Origin: an uncultured Clostridia bacterium | GTDB taxonomy: Bacteria > Bacillota > Clostridia > TANB77 > CAG-508 | Assembly (NCBI GenBank): GCA_947626925.1 | Contig: CANQTU010000002.1 | Span: 1 to 46,498, forward strand | Length of the DNA: 46,498 nt | Direction of reading: 5' to 3' | Shown: piece after piece, positions 18,934-27,806 of the stretch | Layout: the number at the start of each line of letters is the position of its first letter | Numbering within the stretch: the first letter of the stretch is position 1 | Made by a program: the position numbers and the translations under genes | Notes under the pieces: generated by a model | The model's database searches: none | What the model was told of the DNA's origin: nothing | The model's input: the letters and a program-made list of their open reading frames with translations, nothing else

Positions 18934-20214
18934 TTATTTTATTACATCATATTTAATTTCTTCTTTTGGGTAATCTTCGGGTTTTAGCCCTACTCTTGTT
19001 TTCATAAATTTACTAGCTAATATCACTAATATTAAAAATAAAATACCAATAGCTATCATGCAATAAGCAATTTCCATTCTATCTAATAAGAAAGAAGCTA
19101 AAATTCCAACTAATGCACTAGCTATGCTTTTTAACAAATTATTAATAGTAAATATTTTTGTATCAATTTCTTTGCTAGAAAAATTGCTTAAATATTTTTC
19201 AATTAATGGGTAATATACACCTGAACATATATATCTTATTACATAAAAAGCTAAAATTAATATAATTCCTATAAAATATTGTTTTGCTATAATTCCAAAT
19301 ATACCAGAAAATATACAACTTGATACAGCAAAAACTCCTATTCCAGTTAATGTATTATTTTTTAGTTTATTATGAACTTTTTCCTGCTTTTTAGTAGATA
19401 TTGCTGATACAATTCCTAACATAGCAAATATTATTCCCAAATGACTTGCAGAGATATTTAGTTCTTCCAACATAGTAATTTCATAGTTAGATAATATACT
19501 AAATAAACCTGTAATAATTGCAGAGAAAAGAATTAGACTTTTTATTCTTTCTGATTTTAATACATATTTAAACATTTTTCCTATTTCATATAATGAGTTG
19601 TTATTTTCTGTATTTTGATCTTTTTTACTTTCAACTGGTTCAATAAATTGTGTAGATAAAAAAGTTACAAATAGTAAAATAGAAAGAGTTAAAAGTAATG
19701 GAATATAAGGATTAATTTCATATAAGAAACCTGCAATTATTGTAGAAATTGCATTTATTATATAATAATTAGATATTCCCTTTTCACTAATTCTTGCAAA
19801 TATTTGACTTCTTTGTTTAGTAGGAGGAATAGATTCATTTAATAAACTTGGTTCTGCACTTTCCTTTATGGCAAAGGAAATAGCACTTAAAATTTCAGCA
19901 ATAATTAAATTGAATAAGTTTTTGCTAAATAATATAACTACAATATATGCACAACTTAAAACATTTCCTAAAATTATGCTGTTTTTTCTTCCTAAAAACT
20001 CAATTATAAAAGTAGCTGGTATTTGAGAAAATATCGCAAATAGATAATAAAATGAGTCAATTAGTACTATATCCGCTGGATTTATATGCTTTACTTGGAT
20101 TAGAAATACAAAATTAATAGTATAAAAGAATAAGTAATCCCAACTTAATCTTTTATATAATGGAAATAATTTCATATTTCGTTTTCTCATTTGTATTTTA
20201 CTGGTTTCTTCCAT
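18934..20214 (-). CDS. MFS-type transporter (about 12 TM)
   Basis: 426 aa, hydrophobic throughout, with two 6-helix halves separated by a charged loop (KKDQNTENNN). Confidence 0.6.
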   Translation of the reverse strand: MEETSKIQMRKRNMKLFPLYKRLSWDYLFFYTINFVFLIQVKHINPADIVLIDSFYYLFAIFSQIPATFIIEFLGRKNSIILGNVLSCAYIVVILFSKNLFNLIIAEILSAISFAIKESAEPSLLNESIPPTKQRSQIFARISEKGISNYYIINAISTIIAGFLYEINPYIPLLLTLSILLFVTFLSTQFIEPVESKKDQNTENNNSLYEIGKMFKYVLKSERIKSLILFSAIITGLFSILSNYEITMLEELNISASHLGIIFAMLGIVSAISTKKQEKVHNKLKNNTLTGIGVFAVSSCIFSGIFGIIAKQYFIGIILILAFYVIRYICSGVYYPLIEKYLSNFSSKEIDTKIFTINNLLKSIASALVGILASFLLDRMEIAYCMIAIGILFLILVILASKFMKTRVGLKPEDYPKEEIKYDVIK

Positions 20215-23200
20215 TGTTTACTCCTACTTTTTTCATTTTTGCTATTACATCATCTTTTGATTTTTTTTCTATATATTGATAACAATTATTTTTTTGTTTC
20301 GAATTAAATCCACATATTGTTTTATATTCACAGTATTCGCAAGGTGTTTTTCCATCTTTATTGTATGGTTTTAAATCTATTTTGCCACTAAAAATTTCTT
20401 TTGCAATTTGCTTAATAACGAAATCTATATAATCTTGCAAGATTTTAAACTGTTCTTTGTCAACTCCATTAGTCCATTTTTCATTAACAGTTCCAGAAGC
20501 ATTTATTGCTGCTGGTACAATTTTAGAACTTCCACTTTCTAAAGTATTGTCATGCATTTTTATTACTTTTATATCAGCTAAAATTAATCCCTTCATTCTA
20601 AAATTTTTTCTAATTAATTCTTCTATTTCTTCTTCCGAAATTTTTTTGTCTGCTTTTACCATTTGTTCTAATAAAGAAAAGTAAAATATTCCAGCAGGCA
20701 TAATGTCTTCTTCCTTACAAATTGCATCTGAATAAGTTAATAGTTGGATTTGTATTCCTGCATATACTTCGTTTAAGTCTATGTTTTTGCTAGATGATTT
20801 GTAATCAATAATTCTTAAATATTTGCCATCTTCTCCGTATGGCTGTGTCAATTCTATCAATTTTGCCTGTTATTTCAACTGTTTTTCCGTCATCTAATGT
20901 TAAAATAATTGGTTTGTATTTTCCTTTATTACTAAATTCTACTTCTGTTCCTTCTATGCTAAAATCGCTATAAATTAATGTTTGTATAATATATTTTAAG
21001 GCTTTACTAACAATTCTTTTTAGCCTTACTACCAAAGCTTTATATTTAGCAGTTAAATTAAATATAAAGTTTTTGCTTAATTGTAAGTTTTTATCTATAA
21101 TTTCACATACTATTTTATATATTTGTTCTTCTTCTATTTCTGCTAATTCTAGTTTTTCTTCTCTTACTTTTTCAAAAAATTCATCAATTGTTTCATGCAT
21201 AAAAGAACCTGTATCAAATGTATGTATTTTTAAAGTTTCTTTTTCTTTTAATTTTAAACCGTATTGCAAATAATAAGAAAATGGACATTTACGATATTTT
21301 TCAAGTTGTGTGACACTAGTATTTAAAGTATTTCCATATAACTTTTCTATGTTTTCTTTATTAATAGGTTGTGGCAAGTTAGTATACTTTAACCCTTGTA
21401 AGTCATTTATAAGTTTTTCTTGCCAGTCAGTTTTTTCTTTATAATATTTATATATATTATACCAAATATCTGCAATATTTTCTCCTTCTTGTAGTTTCGC
21501 AATATTTTGCAATAATTCTTCATAGGTTACTTGTTCATTTATTATTTGGTAATCGTTTTGGGCTATGTCACTTATTTCTTTTAAGTTTGGATATATTCTT
21601 TTTATTTTATGAATTAACATAGATGGTCTTAATGCTTTTCCTTCTTTATCTGATGAAGTGTATGATAAATATATGTTATTTTCTGCTGTTGTGAAAGCTT
21701 TATAAATATTAAAGTTATCTTCATAAAGTCTTTCTATTGTTCCTTTTGCAAGTTCCATACCTTCTTGTTTTAAAAATTCTCTATCAGAGTCATCTAAAAA
21801 TCCTTCATCTTTATTGACATTTGGAAAAATCCCATCATTTAAGCCTATAATGAAAACCGTTTTTACTTTATGACTTCTTGACCTGTCTACATCTCCAAAG
21901 GTTACTTCATCTTGTGTGGCTGGAATTTTACCTAATTCGCTATTTTTTAACCCTACTTTTAAAATTTTGCTGTATTTGTCAATTGTGGTTTTACTATCAG
22001 CAAATACTAATATCATTTCGTCAAATAAATTTAATATTATTTTATAGCTAGCTATGTATTCATTTGCCAAGTCTATTAGATTTTGTTCTTCTAAATAATG
22101 TATTTTTTCTGTAATTTTTTCCTCTATGTTTTGCTCTTGTAAAAATTCATACAAACATATTGTGATATTTTTAATTGTTTTATTTGCATTTATTTTTTCT
22201 TTTAATGATAATAATGGCTCTACAATTTGTTTTCTTAATTCATTAAATCTTTCTATTTTCTGCTTTTTATCTGCATTTTCTATTTCATAAACAAAATCTG
22301 TTTTCCATTTGTTTTGTTTTATTCCCCATTTACTACAATAATTTTCTAGTTCAAATATTTCGTCTAAGTCTATTGTTAAAAATCCCAATTTTAAATAATT
22401 GAAAACAGATTCTTGGCTAAAATTGTTATTCAAAATTTCTAATATTGAAAGAATATATTGTATTATAATGTTTTGGTTAACATCTCTTTTTTCGTCTATA
22501 AATACTGGTATGTTATATTTTGCAAAAATTACTCTTACTAAAGATGCATATTCCTCGATATTTTTAGTAATAATTGCTATATCTTTATATCTCGTATTTT
22601 CTTCTTTTATTATTTTTGTAATTTGTTTTGCAACATTTTCTACTTCTGAATAAGGGTTTTGTGCTAAAAACAATTTGATGTTTTCCACATTTTTTTCGTA
22701 TTTTGTGGATTTTGGGTTTTGTATATTTTCACTTAATACTTTTAATTCTTCTGTTTTAAATCTATATTGGTTTGATAAGTAAACTGGCTCTTCTAATGTG
22801 AAATTGTTTGTATTTACCATATTCCAGATTTTTGATAGTGTTTGTTTATTAGCATAAAAGATGTCTTTGTCTGGATTAGTGTTTATGTTTAAGTCATCTG
22901 CACATAAAGTTATATTAACTTGTTTTGCAAGTCTTACAAATTCTTTTATAACTTCATATTCTTGGCTTGTAAATCCTGCAAATTCATCTAAATATATTAT
23001 GCTATTTTGTATAATGTTAGTTTCTTTTATATTATTTGCTAGTATTGTTAATAAGTCATTTTCTTCTATATACTTTTCTGCTATTTGTTCTTCCCATTTT
23101 TCGTATACAAGTGTAATGTCTTTTAATTTTGTTTTTAAATAATTGTCTTCTATTTTTTCTATTTCTTCTTTTAAGTTTTGCACACTTATTCTATGTTGTT

Positions 23201-23573
23201 TAAATTCTCTAATTGCTGTAATGCATAAATCTGTATTTTCTTCTGATTTTCCTAGAAATTTTAATTCTTTTTGATATTTATTTAGTATTGAATATATAAG
23301 CATAGCTTTTCCGGATTTTGATAGTTGGGTTTTTGTTACTCCTCCTACTTCGTTTAAAACACGGTATGCCATTCTACTTAATGTTATAACTTCTGCATTT
23401 ATAACGGCATGAGAAGTACACGCCTTCATTAGCTTGGTTTCTGCTGTATACGAAAATTGCTCTGGCGTAATCATATATATTTTATTTTCTTTGTTTAGTT
23501 TATTTGCTATTTCTGAAAAGCAGAATTCACTTTTTCCGCTTCCTGGTTTTCCATATATGATTCTTAATCCCAT
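20198..23573 (-). CDS. addB: ATP-dependent helicase/nuclease subunit B (AddB/RexB), needs a +1 shift at CGG 20837-20835
   Basis: N-terminal 'GKPGSGKSEF' Walker A. Downstream ORF carries the RecB-type nuclease block 'YLRIIDYKSS...QLLTY' and the Fe-S cysteines 'CEYCEYKTIC'. The junction reads ...GKIDRIDTA(I/Y)GEDGKYLRIIDYKSS. Confidence 0.85.
20835..20840 (-). other. Candidate +1 recoding site AUA-CGG (addB)
   Basis: Minus strand reads GAC ACA GCC AUA CGG AGA AGA. Skipping 1 nt gives GGA GAA GAU GGC AAA UAU = GEDGKY. Confidence 0.6.
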
Positions 23574-23593
23574 ATTTTTCTCCCTATCTTATT

Positions 23594-25734
23594 TTAAAAG
23601 GCTCCGCCTCCTCCGGCCGCTTCCTCCACCGCCAGAAAAGTCTCCGCCTCCGGAGAATCCACCTCCGCCGACCGCTCGAAAATCCTCCAGAAAATCCTCC
23701 ACTTCCTATTTCGCCCATCATTTTATCTGTTGTATTTTTATACGATTCTACAAACCTTCTGTCTAAACTTGCATACGTGTAGAATGTAGAATAATCAGAA
23801 GCAATAAAATCTGTAAATATTGTACTATTAAATAAACTTTCTAAATCATCATCTATGTTTAATCCTTTTATTCGTTCTGCTATTTTATTTGCTATTCCAA
23901 AACTAACAGCATAACTTAAATACTGTTCCCATAATGTAACTTGTTCAATATCTCTATCTTCCATTAATGTATAATCTTTAATTTTATCCTTTAGGGCATT
24001 TAATCTACTATAATCTTTAATCATAGCTTTATTATTTTTTAACATTAAATTATCTGTTAATATTAAAATTGTTGCAATACAAATTAGTATTTCATCTGCA
24101 ATCATATACTTTTCAGGTGAAATTATTGCAGTTAAAATGATAATAACTGTAAATAACACTATTAAACTGATAGTTGTTGTAACTACTTTTTGTCCTGTTA
24201 TTCTTTGCACAGTTTTATTAATTTTGTGTCTTGCTATAATAATTAGATTTATTGGTATATATAATGCTCCTATAATTAATGGCATTAAAGTTACCATAAA
24301 TATTAATATATGAATTAATATAAAAGAAGATGTTTGTGTATAGTATATTTCGAATCCATTAAACATTATATGTTTTACTATTACTGCTATACTTAGAATA
24401 AATAAGAATACATTAAACACCCTTATAGAAAGTGGCACTTTAGCCTGATTAGCACCTTTTTGTGCTAAATTATTTTCTACTAATTTATTTAATTCTTTAA
24501 ATTTTTTATTAGCTTCTTTTTCTTTAGGCATTTTCTTTAATCTATCTGATAATAAAACTTGGTCTTCTTTTTCAAAAATCCAGTCATATACATATTTTTC
24601 TATACTATCCATTTGATTTTCAGCTGTTTCATTTTTGCCTACTCTATATAAATATTTATCTTTTCCAATATATGGTTCTATATTTAAATGGATTATTTTT
24701 TTATTTATTAAATTTAAAATAACTGCTATAATATCTCTTGCTAAAATTGTTCTACTTCCTTGAATACAACCTGCTATCATTGGATTATATTTTTCAAATA
24801 ATTCTTCTTCATTTATATCTGATACAGGATATTTTTTGTCCTTTTCAAATATTACCATTAAAATAATCCAATAAATTAATAAACATGCAGCAAAAATTAT
24901 AATTTTCCAAGTAAATGCATTTTTTTCTTCTTTATTTTCTATTATTGCATTTTCGTCTTTATATATCATTTCTTTTGCATTAATTCTAGACAATTTTTGT
25001 GATTTTGCAATATTACTATTATCAAATAATACCCTTGCTGCTACATATTGCCCAGGTTTTATGTTTTTTACCTGAAAATTTGCATGTGAATTACTTATAA
25101 TTTTACAGTTACCATTATATGGTCCATGTCCCCATATCTTTATTTCACTTTTGTTTTCTGGTATATAAATATCAATATTTAAATTTTTAATTTTAGTTTC
25201 CCATTCTCCACCGATAAAATTATAGTATAATTCTCCAATATCATTATGTTTTACACACAAATTCTTTATTTTATAATCAATTTCAAAAGTTTTAGTTATA
25301 TCTTCTGATGGACAATATACTTTTAATTCATATCTATTAGTTTTTTTAGAATTGGTGTATACAGAATTCATACCATTAGTTGCATATTCAATTTCTGTAA
25401 ACTTTATTTCATTGCCATTATTTAGTAAAGAAACTTTATTTATAATTACTTCACTACCATTGTAAAAATCATCATTTATTTTATTTGTTTTTTCAACATC
25501 TTTAAAAGCATTGTCTTCTAAACTATATGGGATATTCATATAAATTCCATTAAAGCTACCATTAAACTTATATGTAAGTTGTTGTTTTACTTTTACTGAA
25601 CCGTCTTGTTGTATGGTTGCTTGTATATCCATATTTTCTATACTATAGCTTCTAGCTTGTACTTCTTTTTTGCCACAAAATAGTACTATTACTGCAAATA
25701 ATATTATACTTAATATTTTTATTTTTTTTCTCAT
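23594..25734 (-). CDS. DUF2207-family membrane protein, whose C-terminal Gly-rich tail is recovered only by two successive +1 shifts at CGG
   Basis: Signal peptide, then 'YSIENMDIQATIQQDGSVKVKQQLTYKFNGSFNGIY' (DUF2207 N-domain), with multiple TM segments in the C-terminal half. The zero frame ends in an implausible RRRWILRRRRLFWRWRK tail. The shifted reading gives ...FSSG-GGGGFSGGGDFSGGGGSG-GGGGAF*. Confidence 0.7.
23613..23615 (-). other. Candidate +1 recoding site GGC-CGG (DUF2207 gene, second)
   Basis: In the once-shifted frame the sequence is AGC GGC CGG AGG AGG. A further +1 gives GGA GGA GGC GGA GCC UUU UAA = GGGGAF-stop (stop at 23596-23594). Confidence 0.5.
23668..23670 (-). other. 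Candidate +1 recoding site GGU-CGG (DUF2207 gene, first)
   Basis: Minus strand reads AGC GGU CGG CGG AGG UGG. The +1 reading gives GGC GGA GGU GGA UUC UCC = GGGGFS. Confidence 0.5.
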
Positions 25735-25756
25735 GTTACTTCCCCTTTTATATTAT

Positions 25757-26623
25757 TTAAATATCTTGCTCTCTTCTCCAATAAAATAAATACTGCTGTG
25801 CTAACCCTGCTAAATCTCCAAATTTTTCTTTGGCAACTTTTTCTATTTGTGCTTTACTTACTTTTGTTTCATCTGCTTGTTTTATGTATAAATCGTTCAT
25901 AACTCTTCTAACCCATACATCAATTGGAAATACTTCAAACCTTTTTAATGTAGAAAATAATAAAATGCAGTCTGCAACTTTAGGTCCTACACCAGATAAA
26001 CTTAATAATTGGTCTCTAACTTGTAATGTGTTTGGATTTTGTTTTAATTTTTCTAAATCTACTTGCTTGTTTATTATCATTTGCGTTGTTTCATAAATTC
26101 TTTTGTCTCTAAAGCCTAGGCCTAATTCTCTATATTCTTTTACTGTTACATTTTTTAATTGCTCTGGTGTTGGAAATGTATAATAGGTTTTTCCGTTCCA
26201 ATTTATTGGGTTTCCATATTTTTTGGAAATTCTTTCTATTATTCCTTTTATTCTAGGTATGTTGTTGTTAGCTGAAATTATAAATGATATTATTGTTTCC
26301 CATAAATCTTGATTTAATATTCGTATTCCTTGTCCATATTTTATACTCATTTTCATGTTATCATCTATTTTTGATAAAGTATTTTTTATTTTTGTATAGT
26401 CTCTTTTTAAATCAAAGTATTCTTCAATGGTTTCTTTTATTTCGCTTTTACATAGTCCTTGAAATATAACTTTTTCATTTTCTTTTTTTACATTTAATAC
26501 GTTTTCTCCAAATACTCCTGTGTAACTGCCGTCTTGTTCTTTATTCCATCTGAAACATTGCCCACAGTCGAATATGTCTTTTAGTTCAAATGAGTCTATG
26601 TTGTTAAGTATAATTTTTTGCAT
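25757..26623 (-). CDS. ogg: 8-oxoguanine DNA glycosylase / HhH-GPD family N-glycosylase-lyase
   Basis: 288 aa. HhH-GPD block 'LSLSGVGPKVADCILLF' with catalytic Lys, downstream 'FPIDVWV' Asp, and an OGG-like N-domain 'CGQCFRW'. Confidence 0.8.
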   Translation of the reverse strand: MQKIILNNIDSFELKDIFDCGQCFRWNKEQDGSYTGVFGENVLNVKKENEKVIFQGLCKSEIKETIEEYFDLKRDYTKIKNTLSKIDDNMKMSIKYGQGIRILNQDLWETIISFIISANNNIPRIKGIIERISKKYGNPINWNGKTYYTFPTPEQLKNVTVKEYRELGLGFRDKRIYETTQMIINKQVDLEKLKQNPNTLQVRDQLLSLSGVGPKVADCILLFSTLKRFEVFPIDVWVRRVMNDLYIKQADETKVSKAQIEKVAKEKFGDLAGLAQQYLFYWRREQDI

Positions 26624-27674
26624 TTACTATCCATTCTCCATTCTTCTTACCATTTTTTCTTTCTATCAACCCTTTTTTTTGCATTTGTGCCGTATATGTT
26701 TTTACAGTTCTTAAAGATTTATTGATTTGCCTTGATATTTCTTCTTGTGTGGTGGATGGGTTATTTTTTAATATATTTATAATCGCCTGTTCTTCTAAAG
26801 TACAATTGTTATCCTTTAAATTATTTGACTTTGCACTTTGAATATTGCCTATATATGTATCTCTATTTTTTAGTTCATTATTTGCGTTTGTTAATAAATT
26901 ATAAAAGAATTTTTCTAAAAAAGAAGTATCTTCAAATATATTTTTTTGAAAATTTTTATAGTTTGCTCTTACTAATGAATTTCTAAAATACCATGAATTA
27001 TTAGCAAATATTTCATCATTAATATTGAATCCAAAAGTTCTTAGATATTTTATTATAAATACTGCAGTCGTTCTAGTATTTCCTTCACAAAATGGATGTA
27101 CTTGCCATATATTTGATGTAAATAAACATAGATGTTTAATAGATTCATCTAAGCTTAAATTTTTATAAGAGAAGGTTTTTTCTTGTTCAAAATCATATTC
27201 TAGAGTTTCTTTTATAGTTTGAAATGATGCATATGTTACTGTATCGCCATCTAGTACCCATTCTTTTTTAGTAATATTATAATCTCTATATGCTCCTGCT
27301 CCATCAAATATATCTTTGAACAATCTTCTATGAATATTTAATAATTCAGTTGGTGAAAAATTAAATGCTTTTTCACTTAATATTTCTGCTATTCTTACTG
27401 AAACTTTATCTGCTTCTTCATTTTCTTTTTCAATTTTTTTTCTACTATCTTGGACTTCATAGTATTCATCTATTCTTGTTTTTGCTTCTTCAATATTTAT
27501 TATTCCTTCGATATGCTCTTTAGCTGTTTCGATTAAGTACTTTGAAGGTTTTAGTTTATCTACTTCTTGTAAACCTATAGCTGTTTCCCATGTTTTAGTC
27601 TTTTCTACTTGACTTGGTTCGCCTTGTTTAATGTATTTTGATAGGTCTAAATTCCAGTCCTTTTTATTATCCAT
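26604..27674 (-). CDS. Fic-family protein with a C-terminal winged-helix domain
   Basis: 356 aa. Fic motif variant 'HPFCEGNTRTTAV'. C-terminal 'LKNNPSTTQEEISRQINKSLRTVKTYTAQMQKKGLIER' looks like a wHTH. The 3' end overlaps ogg by 20 nt. Confidence 0.75.
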   Translation of the reverse strand: MDNKKDWNLDLSKYIKQGEPSQVEKTKTWETAIGLQEVDKLKPSKYLIETAKEHIEGIINIEEAKTRIDEYYEVQDSRKKIEKENEEADKVSVRIAEILSEKAFNFSPTELLNIHRRLFKDIFDGAGAYRDYNITKKEWVLDGDTVTYASFQTIKETLEYDFEQEKTFSYKNLSLDESIKHLCLFTSNIWQVHPFCEGNTRTTAVFIIKYLRTFGFNINDEIFANNSWYFRNSLVRANYKNFQKNIFEDTSFLEKFFYNLLTNANNELKNRDTYIGNIQSAKSNNLKDNNCTLEEQAIINILKNNPSTTQEEISRQINKSLRTVKTYTAQMQKKGLIERKNGKKNGEWIVNAKNYT

Positions 27675-27696
27675 TATAAATACCTCCTACACATAT

Positions 27697-27725
27697 ATTA
27701 TATCAATTGCAAAAGATAATATCAA
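27697..27725 (-). promoter_or_regulatory. Consensus sigma-A promoter for the Fic gene (TTGATA-17-TATAAT on the minus strand)
   Basis: Minus-strand TTGATA at 27725-27720, a 17-nt spacer, and TATAAT at 27702-27697, about 20 nt upstream of the AGGAGG SD. The palindrome aaagtgcaatttttgcacttt lies just upstream. Confidence 0.55.
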
Positions 27726-27806
27726 TACTTAAAGTGCAATTTTTGCACTTTAAAACACAAAAATTGCACTTTTTTATTTATAATTCAGTTTTCACAGCGT
27801 TCAGTC

